Source: Patescibacteria group bacterium
GTDB taxonomy: Bacteria; Patescibacteriota; Patescibacteriia; UBA10025; JBIOWE01
Direction: 5' to 3'
Length of the DNA: 64,000 nt
Assembly (NCBI GenBank): GCA_044868145.1
Contig: JBIOWE010000006.1
Span: forward strand, 14,558-78,557
In this document: positions 8,713 to 19,732 of the stretch, in pieces
Layout of the letters: every line of letters begins with the position of its first letter
How positions within the stretch are numbered: the first letter of the stretch is position 1
Position numbers and translations under genes: made by a program
The notes under the pieces: model-generated
The model's input: the letters and a program-made list of their open reading frames with translations, nothing else
Told to the model about the DNA's origin: nothing
Databases searched by the model: none

Positions 8713-10371
8713 ATGAACCTCAAAAACCAACTTCAGAAAAAACTGAAAGCCGTGATTCTCAAAACCTGGCCGAATTTGGAAGAACGCGTGCCAGTGGTTG
8801 ATATTGAATATCCGAAAGACACGAGATACGGCGATTACTCGACCAACATTGCGATGAAACTTGCGCCGCTGGTTCATGAAGAGCCGCGGCAGATTGCTGG
8901 GAAGATTGCGCAATTCACGATGCCCGCAATCAAGCGAATTGAGATTGCTGGCCCTGGGTTTGTGAACTTTTTTCTGGGTGAAGTTTGGCTCCAGCGCCAA
9001 CTTGATGCGATCCTTAAGCAAAAGGCGAGGTTTGGGACAAGCACGATGGGCAGGAACAAGCGAATCAATGTTGAGTTCATCTCAGCAAACCCGACCGGCC
9101 CACTCACCCTTGGCAATGGCCGCGGTGGGTTCACGGGCGACGTCCTGGCGAATATTTTTGAGCTGGCTGGCTACAAGCCATGGCGCGAATATTACGTGAA
9201 TGACATTGGCAACCAAGTGAACATTCTCGCCGAGTCCGTGCTCCGCCGCTACTGGCAGCATAAGGGCATCAAAATCGAATATCCGGATTATTGTTATCAA
9301 GGCGCGTATATCGATGAACTCGCTAAAACCCTGTACCTGCCGAATTATAAATTATCCGCAGCGCAGAAGTTAGAAGACATCCGCGACAAAGTGAAGATGC
9401 GCATCCTCGATAAAATGCTGAAAGGCATCCAGCGTGTGATACGCCACAAACTGAACATTCAGTTCGACAAATTTTTCTCCGAGCGGTCGCTGTATCGTTC
9501 AGGCAGCGTAGACCGTGTGCTGAAATTGCTCAAAGCCAAAGGTCTTATTTATAAACACGATGGCGCGTTCTGGATGAAAACAACGCAGTTCGGCGATGAC
9601 AAGGATCGCGTCGTAATCCGTGAAAACGGCGAGCCCGTGTATTTTCTTTCCGATATTGCGTATCATTACGAAAAGCTTACAAAACGGAAGTTCGATCGTA
9701 TCATTAATATCGTCGGCGCGGACCATCACGGCTACCCGCCGCGCGTCCGTGCCGCCATGGAAGCGCTCGGCGTCGGCAACAGGCTCGACTTTATACTCAT
9801 GCAGCTTGTGCGGCTCATTCGCGCCGGCCAGGAAGTAAAAATGTCCAAACGGCTGGGAACCTACGTAACGCTTGAGGAAGTTATAGATGAAGTTGGTCTT
9901 GACGCCGCCCGCTTTTTCTTCTTGATGCACGCGCCAAACACACATATGGACTTTGACATCGATTTGGCGAAAAAGAAGTCTGAAGAGAACCCCGTATACT
10001 ACGTTCAATATGCCCATGCACGAATCTGTAGTATAATCAGAAATGTAGAGAAAGAACACAAAAAGAAGCGGAAAGAAGAAAACACGAGTGGGCAAAAAGT
10101 TGGACAATTCGAGAGAGGAGAGTACGGCCTGATCAAGGAGCTTCTGAAGTGGCCGGGACTTGTCGAAGAAGTGAGCCAGAGCTATCAAGTTCAACGCCTG
10201 CCCTTTTACGGAATGGCCCTTGCAACGAAGTTTCATGAATTTTATACGAAGTACCGTGTGATCGATCGAGGCGTAGTGAATGAGCGACGACGGCAGCTCG
10301 TGGAAGCAACAAAAATCGTTCTGGCAGGCTGCTTGCATACTATGGGCATCAACGCGCCAGAGAAGATGTGA
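8713..10371 (+). CDS. argS: Arginine--tRNA ligase
   Basis: GDYSTN, AGPGFVN, EFISANPTGPL, GADHHGY, KMSKR, YVQYAHAR, APEKM. Confidence 0.97.
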   Translation: MNLKNQLQKKLKAVILKTWPNLEERVPVVDIEYPKDTRYGDYSTNIAMKLAPLVHEEPRQIAGKIAQFTMPAIKRIEIAGPGFVNFFLGEVWLQRQLDAILKQKARFGTSTMGRNKRINVEFISANPTGPLTLGNGRGGFTGDVLANIFELAGYKPWREYYVNDIGNQVNILAESVLRRYWQHKGIKIEYPDYCYQGAYIDELAKTLYLPNYKLSAAQKLEDIRDKVKMRILDKMLKGIQRVIRHKLNIQFDKFFSERSLYRSGSVDRVLKLLKAKGLIYKHDGAFWMKTTQFGDDKDRVVIRENGEPVYFLSDIAYHYEKLTKRKFDRIINIVGADHHGYPPRVRAAMEALGVGNRLDFILMQLVRLIRAGQEVKMSKRLGTYVTLEEVIDEVGLDAARFFFLMHAPNTHMDFDIDLAKKKSEENPVYYVQYAHARICSIIRNVEKEHKKKRKEENTSGQKVGQFERGEYGLIKELLKWPGLVEEVSQSYQVQRLPFYGMALATKFHEFYTKYRVIDRGVVNERRRQLVEATKIVLAGCLHTMGINAPEKM

Positions 10372-10449
10372 TAGCTTATAGCATATAGCGTATGGCTTAT
10401 AGGGAAATCCCGCTTGGAACTATAGGCAATATGCTATTAGCCATTAGCT
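10372..10449. repeat. Heptamer (TRGCNTA) tandem array followed by an inverted array
   Basis: TAGCTTA TAGCATA TAGCGTA TGGCTTA ... CTATAGGCAATATGCTATTAGCCATTAGCT. Confidence 0.8.
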
Positions 10450-10456
10450 TTCGTCT

Positions 10457-11593
10457 ATGCGTATTGGAATAGATTGCAGGACAATTTTGAATCCCGAGCT
10501 CGGCGAACGCGCCGGCGTCGGACATTACACATACTATCTTGTCAAAAACCTTTTACGGATCGACAAGACGAATGAGTACGTATTGTTTTTCGATTGGCGC
10601 GTACGCGACACGCGTGAGTTCGACCAAAAAAATGTCCGGATACGGCATTTCCCTTTTTCGCAATATAAGAAGTTTTTGCCGTTCGCGTATTCGCACATGC
10701 TAACATCCGCTTATTTATTGAAAGAACGGCTGGACGTGTATCATTCGCCGGCGAACGTTATCCCTCTCGCGTATCCTAAAAAGGCTGTTATTACAATTCA
10801 CGACCTTGCGATTTATAAGAATCCAGGGTGGTTCCCGGGTCAAATTTTCAGCACACGGCTTTTAGTTCCGCAAAGCGTCAAGAAAGCGAATAGAATCATT
10901 GCAGTGTCAAAAAGCACCAAACGCGATCTCCAAGATCTGTTTAGTGTGCCTTCAAAAAAAGTTGTCGTGATCTACGAAGGCGTGCAGGTTGAGAAAATTC
11001 CGGTTCACTCACGCGCTATCGACAAAGTTTCACAAAGAAACATCGGCTCAAAATACATTCTTTTCGTTGGAACGCTCGAGCCGCGGAAAAATCTCTTGAC
11101 GCTTCTTAGGGCGTACAAAAAATTGCTGACCTGGGATAAAAAATTCGAAGCTTACAAGCTCATTCTTGCCGGACACAAAGGTTGGAAGCACGAAGAAATT
11201 TTTGATGCAATACGTGAGCTTGGGTTGAAGAAGCACGTGCAGTACGTCGGTTATATTACGCATAATGACAAGATAGAACTCATCAAACGGGCCAGCTGCT
11301 TCGTGAACCCATCGTTCTATGAAGGGTTCGGCCTGACAATGGTTGAAGCGATGGCGCTTGGGACGCCGCTCATCGCCAGTAATGTGTCCTCGATCCCTGA
11401 AGTCGTCGGCGATGCCGGTACGCTCGTTGATCCCGAAAAAGATGACGAGCTCGCCGCCGCGCTCAAGAAAATGTTAAGCAGCTCCTCGGTTCGCGAAGCA
11501 TTCGTACAAAAGGGAAGAGCGCAAGCAAAAAAGTTTTCGTGGGACCGCTGCGCGCGAGAAACGAAAAAAGTCTACGAAAGCCTCAAAAAGTAA
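10457..11593 (+). CDS. GT4 family glycosyltransferase
   Basis: MRIGID, TIHDL, VGTLEPRKN, EGFGL..VEAMA.G. Confidence 0.93.
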   Translation: MRIGIDCRTILNPELGERAGVGHYTYYLVKNLLRIDKTNEYVLFFDWRVRDTREFDQKNVRIRHFPFSQYKKFLPFAYSHMLTSAYLLKERLDVYHSPANVIPLAYPKKAVITIHDLAIYKNPGWFPGQIFSTRLLVPQSVKKANRIIAVSKSTKRDLQDLFSVPSKKVVVIYEGVQVEKIPVHSRAIDKVSQRNIGSKYILFVGTLEPRKNLLTLLRAYKKLLTWDKKFEAYKLILAGHKGWKHEEIFDAIRELGLKKHVQYVGYITHNDKIELIKRASCFVNPSFYEGFGLTMVEAMALGTPLIASNVSSIPEVVGDAGTLVDPEKDDELAAALKKMLSSSSVREAFVQKGRAQAKKFSWDRCARETKKVYESLKK

Positions 11594-11607
11594 TCGATGG
11601 AAAAAAG

Positions 11608-11639
11608 AAAAAGCCCTTGGTATTCGTAAGGGCTTTTTT
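11608..11639. terminator. Bidirectional intrinsic terminator
   Basis: AAAAAGCCCTT...AAGGGCTTTTTT between convergent genes. Confidence 0.75.
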
Positions 11640-11644
11640 CGATG

Positions 11645-12361
11645 TTAGTCGATATTCAGCATCCGTTTGATGCTCAGAGCGAGACGTTCGCAGTGGTCGA
11701 GTAACTCCTCGGCGCTTGCATAAATTTCGAGCCAGGTGAGCGTGCGTGCAATTTCTTGGACGGTGTTCAAAGATTGTAAATGCTCAACCTGTGCTTCCAA
11801 CAGTTTTGCGTCACTCTTTTTCTCACAAAGGTCGACCTCCCGCCAGTATTCGTTAATCCGCGTTGAATTAAGCTTCTGAGGCGGCAATAACTCGACCATG
11901 CCTGTAAGGTTATGAATAGCGTCAGTGATCAATCCGCCGAGATGTTGTAGGGTGCTGTTGGCTTTTTCTATTTTGTGAGTGAAAAGCGCCTGGCAAAGAT
12001 CTTCCAGCTCATGAGTGATTAAACGAACGATTCGCGCCACGTCATGGATGTCCTTTTTCGGATAGGGAGGCAGAACCGACTTTTTTAGCCTGAAGTATGT
12101 CACGTTAAACAGCACGTCGCTCTCGCGCTTAGACCGCTGGGTCGCGTTCATAAGTTCCGTGACGGAGATTTCCGAGCCCTGTGTCTGATGGGAATGAATA
12201 AATAGCTCGAATTTTTTTGCCGCGTCGTCAAGATTCTTTACCTGGTCAAGAAGCGGCTCATACAGACTTGGGTCTTTCGGCAGCAGCCGATAGAAAATAG
12301 AGTAGCATTGTACGACCACGCGAATAAAAAATCTCAACACGTAAAAAAGAACGTTCCTCAT
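11645..12361 (-). CDS. DUF47/PhoU-like helical protein (phosphate transport regulator family)
   Basis: E..SD...L....LPPY...DI and E..SD...WLEIY...EELLD.CE repeat pattern; SD AAGGAGG. Confidence 0.6.
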   Translation of the reverse strand: MRNVLFYVLRFFIRVVVQCYSIFYRLLPKDPSLYEPLLDQVKNLDDAAKKFELFIHSHQTQGSEISVTELMNATQRSKRESDVLFNVTYFRLKKSVLPPYPKKDIHDVARIVRLITHELEDLCQALFTHKIEKANSTLQHLGGLITDAIHNLTGMVELLPPQKLNSTRINEYWREVDLCEKKSDAKLLEAQVEHLQSLNTVQEIARTLTWLEIYASAEELLDHCERLALSIKRMLNID

Positions 12362-12479
12362 TTTCCCCTCCTTGTGAATTTTAAGGTGCAAGTAGTTTCT
12401 GAACAGCTAAGGCTACACCAGTTTTGGATTCTTGTCAAGAAGCCGCTTTTTCGGTACAATAACGATTAGTCAAAGACTC

Positions 12480-15428
12480 ATGGAACAAGAAAACACAAAA
12501 CCGAATTTCCCGGAGACGGAAGAGAAGGTGCTGCGTTTTTGGGAAAAGGAAAAAATCTTTGAGACGTCACTTGAGCGGACAAAAAACGGGAAACCGTTCG
12601 TTTTTTTTGAAGGGCCGCCAACGGCAAACGGCCGTCCCGGCATCCACCATGTCCTCAGCCGCGCCTACAAAGACGTGATCCCGCGATATAAAACGATGCG
12701 TGGATTTTTTGTTGAACGAAAAGCCGGATGGGACACGCATGGTTTGCCCGTAGAGCTTGAAGTAGAAAAACAATTGAAACTTTCCGGCAAGCCGGACATT
12801 GAGAAATACGGCATCGAGAAGTTCAATGAAAAATGTAAGGAGAGCGTTTGGAAATACAAGACGGAATGGGAACAAATGACCAAGCGCATCGGTTTTTGGC
12901 TTGACCTTGAGCATCCGTATATCACGTATGAGAATACGTATATAGAGTCGCTCTGGTGGATCATCAAGCAGATATGGGAGAAGCGTTTGCTCTATCGGGG
13001 GTACAAGGTGGTGCCCCACTGCCCGCGTTGCGGCACCGCGCTTTCGTCGCACGAAGTGGCCCAAGGGTATAAAGAAATCACTGAAGAGTCTGTGTACGTC
13101 AAGTTTCGCCTCAAGGACTCACTTACGCTCAATAAGGGAAAAAAGAAAAAGGCTGACAAAGCAAACACCTTTTTTCTCTCGTGGACGACTACGCCGTGGA
13201 CGCTGCCGGGGAATGTCGCTTTGGCGGTTGGCAAGAACATTTCGTATGTAAAAGTGAAACAGGGGGATGATGTTTATATCCTCGCCAAGGATCGCCTCAC
13301 TATTTTGGACGGCAAGCACAAAATCCTGGAAGAAATGAAAGGACAAGACCTCGTTGGCATTGAATACGAGCCCCTGTACCCGTTTATTCCTCTCGAAGGC
13401 AAGAAGGCGTACTACGTTGCGGCTGCGGATTTTGTTACAATCGCGGAAGGAACAGGTATTGTGCACACCGCAGTTATGTACGGCGAGGATGACTATGCAC
13501 TGGGTGAGAAGCTGGGACTCCCGAAACACCATACGGTCGATCAGGCCGGTCGTTTTACTCAAGAAGTCAAACCCTGGGCCGGCAAGTTTGTGAATGAAGC
13601 AGAAAAAGATATTGTCGCGGACCTTCGGAAACGCAGCTTACTGTATAAGTCGGAACAGCATAAACATTCCTACCCGTTCTGCTGGCGATGCGACTCTCCT
13701 TTGCTGTACTATGCCAAAGATTCTTGGTTCGTTGCCATGAGCAAACTGCGCAAACAACTCATCGCGAATAATCAACAGGTGAATTGGGTGCCGCCGTACG
13801 TAAAAACGGGCCGCTTTGGCGAATGGCTCAACGAAGTGAAGGATTGGGCGTTTTCACGCGAGCGGTATTGGGGCACGCCGCTGCCGATTTGGGTTTGTCA
13901 GCAATGCCAACATACGGAATGCCTGGGGAGCATTGATGAGCTTGCCGAACGCTCCGCGACAAAGATCGATAGAAAGAAATTAGATTTGCACAGGCCCTAC
14001 ATAGACAATATCTCGCTTACGTGTTCCAAATGTGGGGGGACCATGCGACGCGTCCCGGAGGTCGCAGACGTCTGGTTCGATTCCGGCGCCATGCCGTTTG
14101 CCCAATGGCATTACCCCTTTGAGAATAAGGAACGAGTTGATTCCGGCGCGGCGTTTCCCGCGGGCTACATTGCCGAGGCGATTGACCAAACACGCGGCTG
14201 GTTTTACACGTTGCTTGCGGTTTCCACATTGCTTGGCAAAGGGCCCGCCTATAAGAACGTCGTATGCTTGGGACATGTGCTTGATGCGAAGGGCCAAAAG
14301 ATGAGTAAGTCAAAAGGCAACGTTATTGATCCGTTCACGGCGATAAAGCAGTACGGCAGCGATCCAATCCGGTGGCATTTGTTTACGATGAGCCAGCCTG
14401 GTGAATCCAAAATGTTCGACTTGAAGGGAGTCGAAGAAGCGGTCAAAAAGCATTTCCTCATCCTTTGGAACGTACTGAGTTTTTACGCAATGTATAAGCA
14501 GTCACCCGTTACGAAAAAAATAGTATCGACCAATATCCTTGATCGCTGGGTCATGGCCAAGCTCAATGTGCTCATCGCTGACGTAACAGACAAACTTGAA
14601 CAGTACTCCGTGACTAGCGCGTGTCGCGAGGTCGGATTCTTTGTCCAAGAGCTTTCGACCTGGTACATTCGCAGGAGCCGCAATCGGTTTAAAGGGAATG
14701 AGGCCGAACGTGACCAAGCGCTCCATACATTGCAAACAGTGTTACTCACGGTAAGCAAACTCCTGGCGCCGTTCACGCCATTTTTTGCCGAACATATATA
14801 TCGTCAGGTCAGCAAAAATGAGCAAGATGCGGTAACGAGCGTGCATCTTTGTTCCTGGCCAACACCTGATCTGCCTCTGATTGACCGAAAACTACTCCAC
14901 GGCATGGACGTGCTACGCAAGGCAATCGAGCTGGGACACGCGCTTCGCAAAGAGCAACGGTTGAAGGTTCGCCAGCCGCTTAGCCAGTTTATTCTGGTTG
15001 GCGCTCAATCATTCGATCCGGAGCTCATGCGACTCATCCAAGAAGAGTTGAATGTGAAAGAAGTTATTCTTTCAAAGAAACTTCCGAAAGGGGCTGAGTT
15101 TGTTTCTCAACTGTCAGGAACCTTGACCGTCGCGCTTGATACGACCGTCACCGACGAGCTAAAAATCGAAGGTATTGTCCGAGAATTTACGCGCCATATC
15201 AACTCGATGCGCAAAGATGCGCGACTGTCTATGAGCGACGTGATAACACTCTATTACGAAATTGAAAATGATGACATACGCAAAATATTTGAGGTCTATG
15301 GACATCGCATCAGTAAAGAAGTGATTGCGGCCCAACATCTGAAAGGCATTCCAGACAATGTAGACGTGAAGAAAGTACTAGACATTCAAGGCAAGAAAGT
15401 GTTGTTCGGCATTAAAAAACGATCATAG
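12480..15428 (+). CDS. ileS: Isoleucine--tRNA ligase (type 2)
   Basis: EGPPTANG, GWDTHGLPVE, WTTTPWTLPGN, SRERYWGTP, DQTRGWF, KMSKS. Confidence 0.97.
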   Translation: MEQENTKPNFPETEEKVLRFWEKEKIFETSLERTKNGKPFVFFEGPPTANGRPGIHHVLSRAYKDVIPRYKTMRGFFVERKAGWDTHGLPVELEVEKQLKLSGKPDIEKYGIEKFNEKCKESVWKYKTEWEQMTKRIGFWLDLEHPYITYENTYIESLWWIIKQIWEKRLLYRGYKVVPHCPRCGTALSSHEVAQGYKEITEESVYVKFRLKDSLTLNKGKKKKADKANTFFLSWTTTPWTLPGNVALAVGKNISYVKVKQGDDVYILAKDRLTILDGKHKILEEMKGQDLVGIEYEPLYPFIPLEGKKAYYVAAADFVTIAEGTGIVHTAVMYGEDDYALGEKLGLPKHHTVDQAGRFTQEVKPWAGKFVNEAEKDIVADLRKRSLLYKSEQHKHSYPFCWRCDSPLLYYAKDSWFVAMSKLRKQLIANNQQVNWVPPYVKTGRFGEWLNEVKDWAFSRERYWGTPLPIWVCQQCQHTECLGSIDELAERSATKIDRKKLDLHRPYIDNISLTCSKCGGTMRRVPEVADVWFDSGAMPFAQWHYPFENKERVDSGAAFPAGYIAEAIDQTRGWFYTLLAVSTLLGKGPAYKNVVCLGHVLDAKGQKMSKSKGNVIDPFTAIKQYGSDPIRWHLFTMSQPGESKMFDLKGVEEAVKKHFLILWNVLSFYAMYKQSPVTKKIVSTNILDRWVMAKLNVLIADVTDKLEQYSVTSACREVGFFVQELSTWYIRRSRNRFKGNEAERDQALHTLQTVLLTVSKLLAPFTPFFAEHIYRQVSKNEQDAVTSVHLCSWPTPDLPLIDRKLLHGMDVLRKAIELGHALRKEQRLKVRQPLSQFILVGAQSFDPELMRLIQEELNVKEVILSKKLPKGAEFVSQLSGTLTVALDTTVTDELKIEGIVREFTRHINSMRKDARLSMSDVITLYYEIENDDIRKIFEVYGHRISKEVIAAQHLKGIPDNVDVKKVLDIQGKKVLFGIKKRS

Positions 15429-15430
15429 CC

Positions 15431-16234
15431 ATGGCCATACTTTCGACCGAAGCGATGGTGCTCTCGAAGAAGAATATTCGCGAAGCGGATCGCCTGTATA
15501 CGTTTTACACAAACCAATACGGCAAGGTTGAAGCCATCGCGAAAGGAGTGCGCAAGACGAGGAGCAAGCTCGCGGGAACGCTCGAACCGATCTCCCGTAT
15601 TACGATCACGTTGGCAAGCGGCAAAACATTCTTCACCATCGTGGCATGCGAAACGCTTTACGCATATCGACGTATTAAATCTGAGCTGGAGCCATTGCTG
15701 CTTGGGCAGCGTATCCTTGCCGTTGTTGACCGACTCACTGAGTTCAATCAAGCCGACGCGCGCACCTATTCGCTGGTCCGAGAAACGCTTGATGGGCTTG
15801 AGGAAGAACGTTCAGAAGGGCATTTGCCTCTTGTTGCGTATTGGTACTTTCTTTGGCGTTTCACGGCGGTGCTCGGTTACGCGATTGATTTGTATCGATG
15901 CGCAGTCTGCGGCAAGCGTTTAACGCCGGACGGCAACGTCCTTTCGCTGAGCCATGACGGTGTTTTGTGCGCCTCATGCGCAAAAACGCGTCAGGGAATG
16001 GCATTCCCACGGACGGCCATTGTCGTGGCGAGGGAAATATTCCGTCGGCCCCTTCTGGAATTCGGGCGCGTGCGATTCACGCCATCCACGAGGCAAACGT
16101 TCCAGCGGGTCACCGCCCACCTTCTGGATTCGCTCGCGGAGCGGGAAGCGCGGTCAAGCAAGGATATCTTTTGGCAACAGGCTGACGGCGTGACAAACCA
16201 CCAGTATGGAAAAAAACATCGACAAACAAGCTGA
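15431..16234 (+). CDS. recO: DNA repair protein RecO
   Basis: EADR...YT...GK..A.AKGVRK..SKLAG.LEP; C-terminal CxxC...CxxC. Confidence 0.92.
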   Translation: MAILSTEAMVLSKKNIREADRLYTFYTNQYGKVEAIAKGVRKTRSKLAGTLEPISRITITLASGKTFFTIVACETLYAYRRIKSELEPLLLGQRILAVVDRLTEFNQADARTYSLVRETLDGLEEERSEGHLPLVAYWYFLWRFTAVLGYAIDLYRCAVCGKRLTPDGNVLSLSHDGVLCASCAKTRQGMAFPRTAIVVAREIFRRPLLEFGRVRFTPSTRQTFQRVTAHLLDSLAEREARSSKDIFWQQADGVTNHQYGKKHRQTS

Positions 16235-18080
16235 CCATAGCCAACTCGAGGGGTTGCGGGCCCTTTTTGGTCCTCGAGAGGGCCAGCCAGATGACTTGCG
16301 CCATATAAGCAGGAAAGATCCGTTCAAACGACGCAAAATTTTCGCTTTGATCATCCTCGCCCTCGTCGTCTTATCTTCCGCAGCGCTTGCAGGCTTCTTT
16401 TTGTTTAATAAAAATGAAAAATTTTCTGGCGACAACATTGTTCTTTCGATCAGTGGGCCAGCCAATGTGGACGCTGGGGGAGAAGCGCAATTTCTCGTGA
16501 CCTACGAAAATAATGAAACTGTTGATATTCGCAATGTCCAGCTTACCATGCAGTTCCCCACTTATTTCCGTCTGACTTCTTCGAGCATTGAATCGACGAA
16601 TGACGCCAAGAATGCGTGGGATCTTGGTGATTTGAAGAAGGGCTCAAAAGGCGCGTTGGTTCTGACCGGCACGGTTACCGGCTTGGTGGGTCAATCCGCC
16701 TCCTTGGACGCCATTCTCTCGTATACGCCGGCGAATTTCAGTTCTGAATTCCAGAAACGTACGAGCCATTCCGTCACGATCAAGTCGGCAACGACCAGCG
16801 TGAGTCTCGATATTCCTGTGCGCGTTTTGAGCGGCCAAGAGGAAACATACGCCATTCATTACAAGAACACCGCGGCCGAGGACGTCAGTCGTTTGCGCAT
16901 TCGGGTGACCTATCCCTCGGGGTTTACTATCGTAAGCCAAAAGCCTGATCCGAGCGAAGGCAAGGACGTCTGGGAAATCGAATCCCTGGCAGCCGGTAAA
17001 GAGGGAGAGGTGACTTTTACCGGCACGCTCGAAGGCAAAGACAATGAGTTGAAAGAGTTTCGCGTGCAATTGGAAACATCCGGACCGGACGCGGCATTCC
17101 ACATCCAAGAAGAAAAAACAGCGCTCGTACTTGTCCTGCAACCGCAATTCCTTGTTCAATTATTCGTGAATGGCACTGAAAAAAGCGGAACGACGTCCTT
17201 TCACACTACCCAGACGATTGCCCTTCGATACAGCAACCAGAGTGATCGTTCATACGAAAACGTTGTCTTGAAGGCGAACCTCACCGGATCAGTGATTGAC
17301 TTGTCAACCGTACAGAACATCAGTAAAGGCAAGCGCAGTGGTACAACCATCATTTGGGATAAAACGGTTGTCCCCGGCCTTGCTCACGTGGATCCCGGCA
17401 AGGGAGGCGAAGTGTCTTTTACCGTGCAAACGAGTGAGGAGCCGGCGCCCGGCGATCAAAACGTTCGTTATTCATATGAAGTAACCGCTGAAGCAAGCGC
17501 CAACGACACGAAAGATTTTCAGAATAAGACTTTTACGCTGAAGGTCGATCCTGTGGTCACCAAGATCTCCACGTTTTTTTCTTTTCGTGCGGAAGCCCGG
17601 TATTATAACGAAGAATACATTCCGGTCGGTTCCGGGCCGTTGCCGCCTAAGGTAGGCGAGGCGACCCGCTACCGTGTGTATTGGTTTTTACAAAATACGA
17701 CGAATGAAGTGAGCAATGTTCAGGTTCAAACAACGCTGCCTGAAACCGTGACATGGACCGGGCGCTCAACGGTTTCCGCAGGCGAGGCGCTCACCTTTGA
17801 CTCAGTGACGCGCATCGTGACCTGGCGAATCAATAAATTGCCGCCCCATGTTGGCACTCTTATTCCCGAACTTGAAGCGAGCTTTGAAGTGCAGGTCACG
17901 CCACAGGAGGCCGACGTGGGAAAAACACTCGTTTTAACGAAACAAGCATTCGCAAGCGGCGACGATACGTTTACCAACCAACACCTGCAGAATGCCGAAG
18001 ATTCCCTGACCACAGAGCTTGCGAATGATCCGCTGGCGAAAGGCAAGGGCACGGTTCAGCCTGCAGATGAACCTCAATAA
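16206..18080 (+). CDS. Membrane-anchored beta-rich (Ig/DUF11-like repeat) surface protein
   Basis: Single N-terminal TM helix; repeated Y.N....V.....V..P.GF and W....L..G..G patterns. Confidence 0.7.
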   Translation: MEKNIDKQADHSQLEGLRALFGPREGQPDDLRHISRKDPFKRRKIFALIILALVVLSSAALAGFFLFNKNEKFSGDNIVLSISGPANVDAGGEAQFLVTYENNETVDIRNVQLTMQFPTYFRLTSSSIESTNDAKNAWDLGDLKKGSKGALVLTGTVTGLVGQSASLDAILSYTPANFSSEFQKRTSHSVTIKSATTSVSLDIPVRVLSGQEETYAIHYKNTAAEDVSRLRIRVTYPSGFTIVSQKPDPSEGKDVWEIESLAAGKEGEVTFTGTLEGKDNELKEFRVQLETSGPDAAFHIQEEKTALVLVLQPQFLVQLFVNGTEKSGTTSFHTTQTIALRYSNQSDRSYENVVLKANLTGSVIDLSTVQNISKGKRSGTTIIWDKTVVPGLAHVDPGKGGEVSFTVQTSEEPAPGDQNVRYSYEVTAEASANDTKDFQNKTFTLKVDPVVTKISTFFSFRAEARYYNEEYIPVGSGPLPPKVGEATRYRVYWFLQNTTNEVSNVQVQTTLPETVTWTGRSTVSAGEALTFDSVTRIVTWRINKLPPHVGTLIPELEASFEVQVTPQEADVGKTLVLTKQAFASGDDTFTNQHLQNAEDSLTTELANDPLAKGKGTVQPADEPQ

Positions 18081-18114
18081 AAAAATCGGCGCCATGCATT
18101 ATGGAGCCGATTTG

Positions 18115-18726
18115 TTACGGAAAATATTTTTGCAGCGACGCCTTGAAGGAGAACTGTTCCTTGATGGTTAGATGGCCAATGATGCTCGCTAAGGCGAAGA
18201 TATCCGCCATAATAATGAATCCTTGAGCCATCGTCTTGTGCTGTAAGAAGAGTAGACAGAAACATGCGCCCTCACAGCACAGTTTTATTTTGCCGAATAT
18301 GTTCGCGCCAATTCTGCGACGTATTTTGAAGAATGTTTTGAATCCAGGGAGTGCGAACAATACGAACGTAAGCACGACCCACGCTTCATACCAAAAGGAG
18401 AGGGGACGCAGCGATTCAAGAAAAATGAACAAGAGCAGGGACATATGCAACACTTTGTCTGCAAAGGGGTCGTAGAGCCGTCCGAATGCGCTATTGTTCT
18501 TGCGCAACCACTTTGCCGTCCGCCCATCCAGATAATCAGTGAACAATGCACCGATATACACCCAGAACGCCCATGGACTATTCATGTTGTACAATGCGGC
18601 AATTGGCCACACGGCAAGCACGCGTAGAGTCGTAATGATGTTCGGCAGGACAAAGAAGACTCTTAGTCCATAAAGAGTTTTTTTCAATCCTTCTCGCGCC
18701 ACTGAAATGAGTTGTGAAAAGATCAT
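18115..18726 (-). CDS. CDP-alcohol phosphatidyltransferase (PgsA-like)
   Basis: PNIIT.LR and TD.LDG..AK......FG..YDP.ADK signature. Confidence 0.88.
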   Translation of the reverse strand: MIFSQLISVAREGLKKTLYGLRVFFVLPNIITTLRVLAVWPIAALYNMNSPWAFWVYIGALFTDYLDGRTAKWLRKNNSAFGRLYDPFADKVLHMSLLLFIFLESLRPLSFWYEAWVVLTFVLFALPGFKTFFKIRRRIGANIFGKIKLCCEGACFCLLFLQHKTMAQGFIIMADIFALASIIGHLTIKEQFSFKASLQKYFP

Positions 18727-18862
18727 ATTTCCCTCCTTGTTTTGGCTGTATCGTACTTGTTGGATGTTGTTTCGTCAAGGTTGTTATCGAAACTCTTGAC
18801 AAGCTTGCCTCATACAACTACACTTCTTAATATATTGAACTTTTTTCAAAAGGAGGTAGGTA

Positions 18863-19120
18863 ATGAAACCGCCATTTTGGCTCGGACAAGAGCCTAGTCC
18901 ATGCGGTCATTATTTCCCAGAAGTTATCCGGCTGCGTGACGCGCAAAAGTCAGACGGTTGTTCAAGAGTTTTTGACTGCCTCCATTGTGGGGAATATCAG
19001 GAGCTTATCCCACCGGAGGAATATTCGGAAAAGTCAATTGACTCCTCAATAGCCCCCGCAGTGCGTGAAGTATTTTACCTAGCACTTCCCAGTGCACCCG
19101 TTCAAACCCAACATGTATAA
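18863..19120 (+). CDS. Small hypothetical protein, possible Zn-binding
   Basis: CGH...CLHC; strong SD and own promoter and terminator. Confidence 0.6.
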   Translation: MKPPFWLGQEPSPCGHYFPEVIRLRDAQKSDGCSRVFDCLHCGEYQELIPPEEYSEKSIDSSIAPAVREVFYLALPSAPVQTQHV

Positions 19121-19198
19121 CGTTGGGTTTTTTTTGACACGTGTTGAGGCTTGTGATAGAGTGGGATATTCATCGTACTTTACAAAAAAGGAGGAACC

Positions 19199-19732
19199 GT
19201 GCCGGAAATCAAAGAAATTGTGCGGGGATTATTGTATATTTTGAAAAAAGCCGAAGGAGATTCCAGCTGTTTTACGCGTCCGGTCTCGGTCACCGCGCTG
19301 CATCATTATCATATCCCGAGCCAACTCTCGCAGGTGCCAAAAATCGTTAGCCGTATGATAAAAGAGCTGACCGGCCTTGGTTTTGATAAGAAGTGGGTAG
19401 CCGATTGTACCAGCGCAGCTACGGAAGCAATAAGCAATGCGATTGAACATGGAAATCGGCTTGACGCTTCAAAAAAGGTAGAAATCGTTACCATACTTTT
19501 GGAAGCGCCAGAGGGTCGCTACTACTATATGTTTATTCAGGATGAAGGCACGGATCGTCATTTCTCTTTTAAGCGGACGCCGGAGTTTGAGGAATCTGTA
19601 AGAAGCTTGGCGAAACGCGGTAGGGGGTTGGCGCTCATAGCCGCATTCGTGGATATCGCACTTTTCGTACGCGGAAAAGGAACAGGCGTTATTTTAATGA
19701 AAAAGGCACCAACGCCAAAAAAGCCCAGGTAA
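19199..19732 (+). CDS. RsbW-like anti-sigma factor / HATPase_c protein
   Basis: EAISNAIEHGN (N box), DEG, RGRGL.LI...D. Confidence 0.85.
   Translation: MPEIKEIVRGLLYILKKAEGDSSCFTRPVSVTALHHYHIPSQLSQVPKIVSRMIKELTGLGFDKKWVADCTSAATEAISNAIEHGNRLDASKKVEIVTILLEAPEGRYYYMFIQDEGTDRHFSFKRTPEFEESVRSLAKRGRGLALIAAFVDIALFVRGKGTGVILMKKAPTPKKPR

Noticed and set aside
10372-10449. CRISPR array
   Set aside because: The units are 7-mers without unique spacers. No 25-45-bp repeat-spacer array or cas gene was seen in the window.
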